A stretch of DNA of 27,031 nucleotides from Gemmatimonadaceae bacterium (GTDB lineage: Bacteria > Gemmatimonadota > Gemmatimonadetes > Gemmatimonadales > Gemmatimonadaceae). Made by a program: the position numbers and the translations under genes. The stretch lies in the NCBI GenBank assembly GCA_033763905.1, contig JANRJP010000125.1:1-27031 (forward strand). Direction: 5' to 3'. The notes under the pieces were generated by a model. It did no database searches. It was given only the letters and a program-made list of their open reading frames with translations, and was not told the DNA's origin. Each line of letters starts with the position of its first letter. Positions within the stretch are counted from its first letter, which is position 1. This document shows positions 9,001-17,635 of this stretch, one piece after another.

Positions 9001-9712
9001 GCACCTCCCCGAGTCGCAACGACTCACCGACCGCCGTCGCCGCCGCCGAGAGCGCTTCCGACTGGCGACGTTCCCGCTCGCTCTCGGCGTACAGGCGCGC
9101 GTTGCGGATCGCCGCCGCGCCGTGCGCCGCCAACGCCTCGAGCGCCACATCGGCGCCTGGCGGCGGCGCTTTCGCCGCCCACGCCGCCACCACCACGCCC
9201 TCGAGCCGCTGGTTCGCGAGCATCGGCACGACGACCGCCGAGGTCAGCCCCAACGCGTCCAGATCAAGGTCATCGATGCCCGCACCGAAGAGCAGCGCGC
9301 GGGCGGCCACGATCTGACGCTGGCCGGTGCGCGCCGCGTCGAGAATCGGGCCCGCGACCATCTCCGAGGCTTGCCGCGGCACCGAGACGCCACGCACGGC
9401 ACGCCACGCGGTGTCGGCCGTTCCGCCGTCGAGATCCACCCGCAGCACGCTGACCACGTCTGCGTCCACCAAGCGGGCGACCTGACGGCCGAGCTCGGCG
9501 GCGACATCGGCTTCGCCGAGGGACCGCGACAGGCGGCGGGTGCCCTCCTGGACCGCCCGGAGACGCTCGGCGACAGCTTCGGCTTGAGCTGCGCGGGCAT
9601 TCGCTTCACGCACCGCCTCTTCCGCAGCCGCCAGCGCGCCGCGAACGCCCGCGGCGTCAGCCGGTGGCAACTGCGACAGAGCGGTCGGAAGTGAGTCGAG
9701 CGAGTCGGGCAC
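6065..9712 (-). CDS. Cytoplasmic hybrid histidine kinase (2 GAF, 4 PAS, HisKA, HATPase, C-terminal REC)
   Basis: Two GAF domains ending AIRNARLY / AIVNARLF; PAS domains ending DVT/DIT; H-box GVAHELNNPL; NILVNA, DTGPGI, PFFTTK, GTGLGL; no TM helix. Start uncertain (GTG 9712 chosen to avoid overlap with the lipid kinase). Stop overlaps the regulator ATG. Confidence 0.9.
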   Translation of the reverse strand: MPDSLDSLPTALSQLPPADAAGVRGALAAAEEAVREANARAAQAEAVAERLRAVQEGTRRLSRSLGEADVAAELGRQVARLVDADVVSVLRVDLDGGTADTAWRAVRGVSVPRQASEMVAGPILDAARTGQRQIVAARALLFGAGIDDLDLDALGLTSAVVVPMLANQRLEGVVVAAWAAKAPPPGADVALEALAAHGAAAIRNARLYAESERERRQSEALSAAATAVGESLRLGEVQRLILRHAMALLRTDGAALGLIEDRYIHIVSGVGAATVLAGRLMPIDGSVSGQVVRDKTARIVNDTSSEPGVFRPTQRAAQIRRVVVVPLITARGVVGVLAANDRETPFSVEDARMLQRLADQCAVAIVNARLFEEARAATLEWKVLFDAVPSGVVVVDDTGRIVRFNARALTLAGAAAGQTLLGRPIGEVLADDAGDALPLPIADALLDGARHSAIVAAPQRGRLFDVVASPHPDGGVVVTFDDVTDLHALQSRYRNLVETSNDAIVVTSEDRRITFANAAAFALFGTDELVGRPVSDTVPPAMRQEVRESEDRAFAGERQRYETVVQRADGELRIVSVSSAPLADPGGRVTSLVASLRDVTEERRARDAIAKSEARYRNLFENATDAIYTLDLRGYITSANTAAARLAGTDATAMLGRSIAPFIALDEVERTQEQFARVIAGHEIRFEARMRRTDGTTRLLSIVNTPIREQGTVVGVLGIARDITDERTRELELARSEARYARLVDVAGDAIFTLDEAGVLTSANRVLERTVGLDRDVMIGQPFTVLLERSPDRDALWRVLHDTLRGEAQRTDFQYRDVRNEMRTASLLATPIDSNGRVTGVLAVVRDVTDERRMQEQLQLQERLAAIGELVSGVAHELNNPLAGVIAHAQLLQAVPGLDADIADAASVIHGEARRASKIVSNLLTFARQHRPSRSFADIGTVLRDTLALRRYPQRVHNIDVVTEIPADLPSTWGDEGQLQQAFLNILVNAEHALEQHPGPRRIDVRAVQLDALIVVEIRDTGPGIPAEVLPRIFNPFFTTKPVGKGTGLGLSLSDGIVREHGGRIEVFSTPSEGTRFRIELPVQGSPVPTVTPTEQREPLRVLVADPDADARRLAARALADAGDAVLTIADVDEVLKVAVLRDWDVLLLDAALPGGALALVDRLAREAPSNAAKVVVSGRPNAAARVLCTERGVPWLDKPYDLVTLPARLRGALS

Positions 9713-9758
9713 AGGACGCGGTCGCAGAAGCCGGCCACCGGGCGCGTCCCGATGGTTC

Positions 9759-9779
9759 TCGCAATGTATGGTTTTGCGA
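9759..9779. promoter_or_regulatory. Dyad TCGCAA-N9-TTGCGA over a -10-like TACATT upstream of the kinase
   Basis: tcgcaa tgtatggtt ttgcga; minus-strand TACATT at 9768-9763; locally AT-rich. Confidence 0.45.
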
Positions 9780-9801
9780 CACTGCCGCCACCCGCGAACC
9801 C

Positions 9802-10683
9802 CTAGAACTTCGGGATCAGAAGGCGAGCTGCGCCGGGCACCACCGTGGCCGAAACAGGACCGACTCCGAGCAGTTCGCCGTCTGCCTCGGCGCCACGGAC
9901 CGGAAACGTCTCGACCAAAATCTCCCGACCACTCAGGAATCGGGCCGTCGGATCCCCGCCAATGCGCCCGGTTCCCGCCCGCCAAAAGGTCTCCGCCGCG
10001 TGCCGGATCGAGCGCCACTGGTACAGGCAGACGTTGAGCAGTCCATCATCCGGTCGGATGCCCGGACCAAACGTCACCCGACCATTCTCGACGCCGGGCA
10101 GATTGGCCACCATCACCGCCGCGACCTGTGCCTCGACGCTGACGCCATCGACGGTCACGCGCGCGTCGAATTGCTCGAGTCGGGTGATCGCGCGCAGCGC
10201 GGACCACGCGTAGGCCGCCACGCCGAATCGACGCTTGGCCGCGGCACTGGTCTCGGCGATCATCGCCACATCCGGCCCGATGCCCACCGACAGTGCGAAG
10301 TGGCGCCCGTTGCCGAGGTGCCCGAGATCGATCGTCCGCTCGCTCCCGCGCAGCAGCGCCACGACGGCGCGGCGTACATCGAGCGGGATACCGAGCGCAC
10401 GCACCACCTGATTGCCGGTGCCGCCCGCCAGCAAGCCGATCGGCATCCCGCGGCCAGCGAGTGCCGAGACGACTTCCATCAGCGTGCCATCACCGCCCAG
10501 CGTGAACACCACGTCGGCTCGCGGCGCGAGCGCCGCGGCGAGCTCGCCGGCGTGCCCGGCGCGCTCGGTCAGCACCACGTCACAGGCAACGCCCGCGTCT
10601 TCGATCGCGCGCCGCGCGGTCTCGGCGAGCGCGCCGCCGCGACGCGATGCCGGATTCACGACCAGCAACGCACGCTGCGGCAT
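9802..10683 (-). CDS. Diacylglycerol/lipid kinase family protein (YegS/DgkB-like)
   Basis: VNPAS, GGDGT, GGTGN, DDGLL, EADGE motifs; ATG 10683 overlaps the tamB stop. Confidence 0.92.
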   Translation of the reverse strand: MPQRALLVVNPASRRGGALAETARRAIEDAGVACDVVLTERAGHAGELAAALAPRADVVFTLGGDGTLMEVVSALAGRGMPIGLLAGGTGNQVVRALGIPLDVRRAVVALLRGSERTIDLGHLGNGRHFALSVGIGPDVAMIAETSAAAKRRFGVAAYAWSALRAITRLEQFDARVTVDGVSVEAQVAAVMVANLPGVENGRVTFGPGIRPDDGLLNVCLYQWRSIRHAAETFWRAGTGRIGGDPTARFLSGREILVETFPVRGAEADGELLGVGPVSATVVPGAARLLIPKF

Positions 10684-13600
10684 CAGAAGCGCCAGACGGC
10701 GGCGAGATCGAGACCGATCTGCTGCGGCGTCAGCACGAAGCCGCGCACGTTGGCCTGCCCGCACAACAGCGACTGTGTCGGCGGTTCGATACCGCCGGAC
10801 AGCCGCATCGCACTCGACAGGCGGTACTCCAGACGCACGCCGAACTGCGACCACAGACTGGCGTTCTGCTGTTGCTGTACCAGCGGACAGAGGCCGGCGT
10901 CGCCACTCAGAAACAGCCGGTCGGACAGCTGCAGCCCTCCGCCGATGCGCGTGTTCTGCAGAATCTGCTGCGTCGGGTCGATCGCCGTGTTCGCGGCGAT
11001 GCCGCGATCCAGCCCGCCGGTCTGGATCTGCACGTAGTCGAGATACCCCAGGGACGCGATACGATCCGCGAGCGCCGAGGAGAGCGACGTCAAGAGCACG
11101 TTCGCGGCGGTGCTCACCGCGCCGGCGCTCTGGGTCGGATCGCCAATGCCGAAGGCGGGCGCGCCGGTGATCAAGTAGCTGATGAGGTCCGACTGCGACA
11201 GCGCGGCGTTGTCGGCGCTCTCGAATCCGATCGTCGGTTCCTCGAGCGTACCGCGGATGCGCACCCGGATGCGCTTGTCCTGCTGCGCGATGCTGCTGTT
11301 GAACTTGCGGACCGTATGGATCGCCGCGATGTCGAGCCCCGGATTGAACGACGGGTCGTTGGGGGAGAAGACGATCTTCCCCTCTTCGACGTCGAAGGTC
11401 CGCTGGACGACGTCGGCGATGTTCAAGCGGTACGTCCCGCGATTCACGAGGAGCGTGCCGTCGAGCGAGAGCTGCGCCGCGCTGGTGTCATTGCCGCGAC
11501 GAATGACGCGTCGCCGATCGACGTTGATGGCGCCGCCGAGATTGATGTTGGCTTCCGCCGAGCGCAGCCAGACGTCGGAGCCCATCCGGACCCGGACATC
11601 GCGCACCGCCAAGTTGGCGGTGAGCTGACTGGGCCGGCTCGGCAGCAGCCGATCGCCGGCGAAGAGCGTGGTGTCCACCACGCGGCGGAAGTCCGGGTCA
11701 TCCGCGCTCACCAACTGCTTCGAGCGACCCAGGTCGGGAATGATCAGCGTGCCGCGCACGACTTCGAGGTCGCCGGCCAGCGTCGCCCCGTCGTACGGAC
11801 CGCGCAACGACAGCGACCCACTCACATCAAGGTCCGCGACCCGGGGCTTCGCGAAGGCATTGAAACGATCCATCGTGAACCGCAGGTCGAACACCGGGTT
11901 CTCGATCGTGCGATACCGGATGACGCCGCCGCCGTCGAGCCGACCGACGCGCTCGATGCCCAAGTCGGCACCCGGCGTCGCGCTCCGCGCCACCGACCGA
12001 GCCTGCAACCGATCGAGCGACATCGAATCGCCGCGGAACTGTGCCTGGAGTTCCACCTCGCGCAACGAGACGCGCCCCAGGGCGGGGATCTCGCCGGCGC
12101 CGCCGGTGAGTGTGAGCGGCCCGATCACTTGTGGGGCGTCCCAGGTGCCGGCGAGATCGATGCCCACGTTCAGCACGCCACGGGCCCGTCGCACGGCGGT
12201 CGTGAAGGCCTCGATGGCGCTGGCGTCTACGTCACGGGCCGTCAGTCGGCCTTCGAGCGGCGCGCCGGCGATCCGCCGATTCGTGCGCGGCTCCAGCGCG
12301 AGGTCGAGCGGCAGGAGCAGGCTCGCGCGAGCCTGCGGCGCGACGGTGTCTCGCAACGTGATCTCGGCGTCGAGTAGCCGATTGCGATATACGCCGTCCG
12401 ATTCCAGTCGATAGGTGTTCTTGCCGACGGCCCCGGCGTTCCCGATGCTCGCGCGCCAGCGCATCGTCGGATCGGCCCGCGTCCCCGACGCCTGCCACGA
12501 CGCGTCGACGACGCCGCGAATCCCGATATCGGCCCCCGCGAGCCGGTTGATCGTCGTCATCGCCACCTGTTGCAGCTGCGCGCGCAGACTGATGCTGCCC
12601 GTGTCGCGGAAGGTTCCGGCGAACTGCACGCTGGCGGCGTCGGGGCCTGCCAGCTCCAGCGCGTCTACCGACACGGCCGTCCCCACCACGCGCGCAGTCG
12701 CCGGACGACGCAAACGCCACGCTTCGTCGACCAGCATCAGGACGCCCTGGGACAGCGCGACCGATGTCGTATCGCCTCGCTGCTCCACGCGAGCACTCGC
12801 GCGGAGCGCGGGGCCCGAGGCGGCTTCGGCGCCGATGGTCACGTCCACCTGATTGGTGTCGGCCGAGGTGGCATCGCCCTTGGCCTGCAGGAACGAGAGC
12901 ACACCGGCCTGCACCGTGTCGAGCGTCACGCCGATGTTGAGCCACGGCGCCGACGCGAGGTCGCGCACCGTCCCGCGCGCATTCAGTCGGCGCGCGCGGA
13001 GCCCGTTGCGCACCAGCCCGTCGCCGGTGAGCGTGAAGCGCACGCCGAGGGAGTCGAGATTGCCACCCACGCGCGCGTCCAGCGACATCGAACCGGCCAA
13101 CGAGTCCGACTGACCGGGCGCCGTCGAGAGATACTGGCGCAATCCACCGAGCGAATCGACGTAGACCCCGATCTGCAGCGAGTCGTGTCGTGTGGGGCCG
13201 AGGCCGATGCCGCCGCGAGCGGTGATGGTGGCCGCGTAAGTCTCGACGCGAGTCGAATCGGCGTACAGGACGGAGTCACGAAACGTGAGCACCGACTGTG
13301 CGGCAATGACGCGCACCGTATCGACCCACCCGCGTCCGAACGCGAGCTTCACGCGACCATCGAGGGTGGGGATCAACGTGTCGCCCATCACGCGGCCATC
13401 CGCGGTCCCGGTCAGGCGCGTTCTCGGCATCCGCGCATCGGCCGTGAGCGCGCGGACGTCGAGTGAGTCGAAGGTCCAGCTGCCATCGAAGCCCAGTGCC
13501 TTGTCGATCGAGTCCGAGTAGACATCGGCCATCCCGCGGAACGTGACGGCGCCCTGCGGCCCGGCGAACTGCGCGTTCACCCCGAGGGAGTCCGACGTGC

Positions 13601-15263
13601 CCACCAGCGTGAGCGTCCCCGGCATCGGCACGCGGATCGGGATCGACGGATAGGACTTCGCCAGCATGCCGAACGACATCGGCAGTGCGGTCAGCGCGAC
13701 GTCGAAGCGCGTGCTTACGTCTTCGATCGTCATCCGCCCTCGCCCCGTCAGTCGCGTCGGGGTCCCCTCGCCGTCGATGTGCTCCAGGTCCGCGTCCCGG
13801 AACCGCACGTCATACCAGAGCGAATCGAGCCGTGCGCGGCCGCGCACGATGCCCCCGAGCTCGGGGAAGGCCGGGTTCACGTAGCGGATCGTCCGGATAT
13901 CCACGCGCTCCGCATCCAGATCGAACCCGCGGAAGACCGCGTCGGCCGGCGTCGTGATGTCGAGCATCCCGCGCCCGCGCGCCCGGGAGATGGCGCCGGG
14001 CACGTGGCGATCTCGATACGTGAGATCCATTTCGTCGATGACGAAACGATTTACCGGCCCGCCCTTGCCCTTGACGCGACCCGTGAGGGTGCCCTGGAAG
14101 TCGTACGGGAACGCGCCGCCGCGGAAGACGCGCAGCAGGTCGAAATCCACCGGCATCGCTTCGAGATCGACATCGCGGACGTGCAGGAACTCCGTCCCCG
14201 TCCCGAAGGTCATCCGGCCGCGAAGCCGGGATTTCACCGACGTCACATCGAGCTCTGTGAGCTCGTACAGCATCCGCCGTTCCTCGGCGGGATCATTGTG
14301 GATCCAGACCTTCGTCGAACCGCATCCCGTACGCGGAAGGGTCGGGTAAATCCAGCCATAGTCGCTCATACACGCGGTGTCGCCGACAATGCGGATATCC
14401 CAGCGTTGCGGACGCCCACCGCCCCACGACACGCGACCGCTGGCCGAGCCGCTCGACGCCGCGAGCTTGAGTTCGGGCAGATTGACCCAGACCGTATCGT
14501 CGATCTTGCGCACCAGGCCGCGCGCGTTGCGCACGTAGAACGCGGGCTCGGTCTCGACGAGCCGCGCGCCCTCGACGACGAACGTCTGTCCGGCGGAATC
14601 CGGATGAGCAATTACCGACCGTCCGAGCCGCAGCTCGGCGTTGCGCCACTGCGAGACCTTGTCCCAGGTACCGCTGCCGTCCGGCCGGAGTTCGTGCTCG
14701 CGCTGGGCCACGCGCAACACCGAGTCGCGCGCCGATGCCGGGGCGTTCGGATCCGGATTCCACGGTTGAATCAGGATCAGCGTCGCATCGTGCAGTCGCG
14801 CAGTATCGACTTCGACGTAGTCGCCGAAGCCGCGCGTGGGGCTCACCGGTGTGATGCGCCGACTCGGGGGGAAGATGCGCTTCCAGTTCCAGCCGCCGCC
14901 GCGATACTCGTGGACGCGGATCACCGGCCGCGTCACCTCGAGGAATCGCACGAGAATGCGGCGATCGATGACGTCGCGGACGTCGTACCGGACGTGCACC
15001 GGTCCGGTGGCGATGAACAACGAGTCGTCGCGGTCGCGGATCTCGACCGAGTCGATCGTCAGGTCCCCGAGCACGGTCCCGCGAATTGCCCCGAGATGCA
15101 GCCGACCGCGCACCGCCCCCTTCGTCTGCGCGATGACGAGCTGCCGCACGCGCTCAAGGCCCCACTCGGTGCTCGTGAACACGTAGGCGCCCGCGACAAC
15201 CACGAGCCCGACGACGACCAGCGCCGCCGCCGCTACGTAGAGGACGAGTTGGCGTCGGCGCAT
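10683..15263 (-). CDS. tamB: Translocation/assembly module TamB (AsmA-like, C-terminal DUF490)
   Basis: 1526 aa; N-terminal signal anchor, long amphipathic beta repeats, IRGTLEEPTI...LSQSDLISYLITG, C-terminal strand ending WRF; downstream of an Omp85 gene. Confidence 0.88.
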   Translation of the reverse strand: MRRRQLVLYVAAAALVVVGLVVVAGAYVFTSTEWGLERVRQLVIAQTKGAVRGRLHLGAIRGTVLGDLTIDSVEIRDRDDSLFIATGPVHVRYDVRDVIDRRILVRFLEVTRPVIRVHEYRGGGWNWKRIFPPSRRITPVSPTRGFGDYVEVDTARLHDATLILIQPWNPDPNAPASARDSVLRVAQREHELRPDGSGTWDKVSQWRNAELRLGRSVIAHPDSAGQTFVVEGARLVETEPAFYVRNARGLVRKIDDTVWVNLPELKLAASSGSASGRVSWGGGRPQRWDIRIVGDTACMSDYGWIYPTLPRTGCGSTKVWIHNDPAEERRMLYELTELDVTSVKSRLRGRMTFGTGTEFLHVRDVDLEAMPVDFDLLRVFRGGAFPYDFQGTLTGRVKGKGGPVNRFVIDEMDLTYRDRHVPGAISRARGRGMLDITTPADAVFRGFDLDAERVDIRTIRYVNPAFPELGGIVRGRARLDSLWYDVRFRDADLEHIDGEGTPTRLTGRGRMTIEDVSTRFDVALTALPMSFGMLAKSYPSIPIRVPMPGTLTLVGTSDSLGVNAQFAGPQGAVTFRGMADVYSDSIDKALGFDGSWTFDSLDVRALTADARMPRTRLTGTADGRVMGDTLIPTLDGRVKLAFGRGWVDTVRVIAAQSVLTFRDSVLYADSTRVETYAATITARGGIGLGPTRHDSLQIGVYVDSLGGLRQYLSTAPGQSDSLAGSMSLDARVGGNLDSLGVRFTLTGDGLVRNGLRARRLNARGTVRDLASAPWLNIGVTLDTVQAGVLSFLQAKGDATSADTNQVDVTIGAEAASGPALRASARVEQRGDTTSVALSQGVLMLVDEAWRLRRPATARVVGTAVSVDALELAGPDAASVQFAGTFRDTGSISLRAQLQQVAMTTINRLAGADIGIRGVVDASWQASGTRADPTMRWRASIGNAGAVGKNTYRLESDGVYRNRLLDAEITLRDTVAPQARASLLLPLDLALEPRTNRRIAGAPLEGRLTARDVDASAIEAFTTAVRRARGVLNVGIDLAGTWDAPQVIGPLTLTGGAGEIPALGRVSLREVELQAQFRGDSMSLDRLQARSVARSATPGADLGIERVGRLDGGGVIRYRTIENPVFDLRFTMDRFNAFAKPRVADLDVSGSLSLRGPYDGATLAGDLEVVRGTLIIPDLGRSKQLVSADDPDFRRVVDTTLFAGDRLLPSRPSQLTANLAVRDVRVRMGSDVWLRSAEANINLGGAINVDRRRVIRRGNDTSAAQLSLDGTLLVNRGTYRLNIADVVQRTFDVEEGKIVFSPNDPSFNPGLDIAAIHTVRKFNSSIAQQDKRIRVRIRGTLEEPTIGFESADNAALSQSDLISYLITGAPAFGIGDPTQSAGAVSTAANVLLTSLSSALADRIASLGYLDYVQIQTGGLDRGIAANTAIDPTQQILQNTRIGGGLQLSDRLFLSGDAGLCPLVQQQQNASLWSQFGVRLEYRLSSAMRLSGGIEPPTQSLLCGQANVRGFVLTPQQIGLDLAAVWRF

Positions 15264-15266
15264 CGG

Positions 15267-17462
15267 CTAGAAGATCTGACCGATCGAGATGCTCGGCGTG
15301 AACCGACGCCAGAGCGAGTTGGACCGCAACGGCTGATACGTGGCCAGGCAGGTCACGTTCGGGCCCGTGGGGCTCGGCGGCGGGCTGACGCAGTTCAAAT
15401 CGCCGCCCGCGGCGAGGGGCGTATCGAAGTACGCGGCGCCCGCGACGGGACGGAACGGGTTGTAGCCGATGTCGACGCGAATCGCACCGAAGGCGGTGAC
15501 GACACGCAGCCCCACGCCGGGCGTCCAGCGCAGGGCCCCGACGCTGAACGTCAGCGAGTCACGTCCGCGCGTCCACACCTGCCCGCCGTCGGCGAACAGC
15601 GCCAGCTGGGCGATGCCGCCGAATCCCGGTGCCCGCACCCGGTACTCGATGTTCGTGACGACCATCGACGTGCCGCCGACGGGCACCGGCACCTCGCGCG
15701 CCTGTCCCGGCACGGCGAAGGGCTGCGTCTGGTCGTACGAGAGAATGCGGTACGACGCCGGTCCCAGTTCGTTCGGGCGGAACCCCCGCACCGTGCTCGG
15801 GCCGCCGGCGAACAGGCGCTCCTGCACCGGGATGAACGTCTGGTTGCTCGTGTTGCTGAAGCCTTCGAGCTCGAAGAGTCCGCCGACGCGGACGCGCCCC
15901 GTGAGCACGCCGTCGGCGCCGAGCTTGGTGAAGCCGGTGAGGTCGGCGATCAACCGGTTGAAGCGAAAACTCGAGTCGGCGCCGACGAGCGGCGAGACGT
16001 GCCGTGCTTCCAAGCGCAGCGTCGCGCCGCGCGTTGGGAGCGTCGGGTCGTTCTGCCGCGAGATTTGCGTGCTGAGCGTGAACGCCGCGAAGCGTCGCTC
16101 CGCACTCACGATCGCGCGGTCGACCGCGTCACAGGAGGTAAACAGCACGCAGAACAGCGCGGGCGACGCCACCGTCCGCCCGAGTTCCAGCGTGTACGCC
16201 GCGGTGATCGGCGGCACGCCACGGGGGCTCCAGTTGGCCGAGGCGGCGAGACCGATCGGCGTGATGCGGCGGTAGGCGTTGTACTCGGAGCGCTGCTCGG
16301 TGTAGATCGTCAGTTCGGGACTGCGCAACACGCCGAACAGGGACGCCTGCCGGAGCGACGCGCCGAGGAAGTAGTTGAGCGTGTCACCGTACTGGTCGTT
16401 GTACGCGTCGGGAGCGCAGAGCGCCCGGGCGCCGGTCGGAAAGCGCGTCGGTGCGCCGACGCCCAATCGCGAAACGCGGCCGGTGAGCTCGAGGCGGCGC
16501 ACCGACCCGAGAAAGTTGTAGTGCGTGAATCGGCCCTGCGCGCGGAAGCAATCGATCGTACCCCAGCCGGCACCGATGCTGGCCGATCGCTGTGGCTGTT
16601 CGGCGACGCGGATGCGGATGCCGAGGATCGAATCGGTGCTCGTCGAATCGAGATCGACCTGCACCGCGCGGAAGAGCTCGGTCTCGTAGGTGCGACGCTG
16701 TCCCTCCACCAGATCGCGCTCGCGATACTTCTCGCCCGGCGTGATCCCCAGCAGTGTCCGCACATCGACCGTGTCGACCTGTGGGGTCTCACGGCCGGGC
16801 ACCGGATCGATGACGACCGACACGCTGCCGTAGCGCGCCAACGGGCCCGGCTCCACCGTGAGCGTCGCATCCGCCGACCGTGTCGCGCGCTCGGTGTTGA
16901 AGGCGCGGAAGACCTCGGCGCGAGGATACCCCGCGTTGCGCAACCGACGCAGCAGCGAATCGCGGGACGCGTTGATGGTGGTTTCGTCGAACCGTGCGCC
17001 TTGCCGCGCTGGGAGATCTCGCGTGATGCGTGCCGCATCCTCCACCAAGTCGAGGCCGGCGATGCGGAACGTGCGCAGGATGATCGGCTGGCCCTCGCGG
17101 ACTTGCAGACGCACCACGACCCCCTTCGGACCGTCGGCCGTCACCGTCGGCTCGACGGCGATGTCGGGGAAGCCGCGTACGCGGTAGAAGTACACGAGCC
17201 GCAGGACGTCGAGGCGCAACGCCTCCTCGTCGAGGCATTGCCGCGTGACGAGGCGCGAGATGAGCGGCACCCGACCCCAGATGCTCATCGGGGTCGTCGC
17301 GATGCGCGTGGCCAGCTCGTCGTCGGAGAACGCCCGATTGCCGTCGATGCGCAGGGCGTACACCCGCTTCGCCGCAGGATCATCGCACACGTCTTCCTGC
17401 GCGCGAAGGCGCGAGGGCAGCAGGAGGACGATCAGCGCGATGAGGGCTCGGACGACGGGCAC
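15267..17462 (-). CDS. tamA: Omp85/BamA-TamA family outer-membrane protein (about 3 POTRA domains + barrel)
   Basis: 731 aa; signal peptide, POTRA motifs (IDGNRAFSDDEL, YRVRGF, LRNAGYP), FAGGPSTVRGF loop, FADGG, GAIRVDIG, C-terminus SIGQIF. Confidence 0.88.
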   Translation of the reverse strand: MPVVRALIALIVLLLPSRLRAQEDVCDDPAAKRVYALRIDGNRAFSDDELATRIATTPMSIWGRVPLISRLVTRQCLDEEALRLDVLRLVYFYRVRGFPDIAVEPTVTADGPKGVVVRLQVREGQPIILRTFRIAGLDLVEDAARITRDLPARQGARFDETTINASRDSLLRRLRNAGYPRAEVFRAFNTERATRSADATLTVEPGPLARYGSVSVVIDPVPGRETPQVDTVDVRTLLGITPGEKYRERDLVEGQRRTYETELFRAVQVDLDSTSTDSILGIRIRVAEQPQRSASIGAGWGTIDCFRAQGRFTHYNFLGSVRRLELTGRVSRLGVGAPTRFPTGARALCAPDAYNDQYGDTLNYFLGASLRQASLFGVLRSPELTIYTEQRSEYNAYRRITPIGLAASANWSPRGVPPITAAYTLELGRTVASPALFCVLFTSCDAVDRAIVSAERRFAAFTLSTQISRQNDPTLPTRGATLRLEARHVSPLVGADSSFRFNRLIADLTGFTKLGADGVLTGRVRVGGLFELEGFSNTSNQTFIPVQERLFAGGPSTVRGFRPNELGPASYRILSYDQTQPFAVPGQAREVPVPVGGTSMVVTNIEYRVRAPGFGGIAQLALFADGGQVWTRGRDSLTFSVGALRWTPGVGLRVVTAFGAIRVDIGYNPFRPVAGAAYFDTPLAAGGDLNCVSPPPSPTGPNVTCLATYQPLRSNSLWRRFTPSISIGQIF

Positions 17463-17545
17463 AGCTCCGGGTGGGTACAGGTGCTACCGGCTGGATGGTC
17501 GGCCCGTTCCCCCCGATGCTCCGGAAGCGCGCCTCGGTCCGTATT

Positions 17546-17574
17546 TTGACGCGTGCTACGCGCGCACGTAACAT
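17546..17574 (+). promoter_or_regulatory. Sigma70-type promoter for the MazG-like gene
   Basis: TTGACG-N17-TAACAT; the spacer is bounded by CGTGC...GCACG. Confidence 0.6.
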
Positions 17575-17635
17575 AAGAGCGCCGACGGGGCGTCTCTAGC
17601 CCAAGTCTCGTTCCCACTTGCACTTGGAGCGGTTG

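Noticed and set aside
6065..9712. Kinase as a LOV or phytochrome photoreceptor
   Set aside because: No GxNCRFLQ motif in any PAS domain and no DIP/bilin-binding Cys pattern in the GAF domains
13779..17549. 1256-aa plus-strand ORF and other long antisense ORFs (5745-7811, 6461-8308, 10647-12377, 18777-19778, 26106-27023)
   Set aside because: Shadow frames of well-supported genes in high-GC DNA; skewed composition and no motifs
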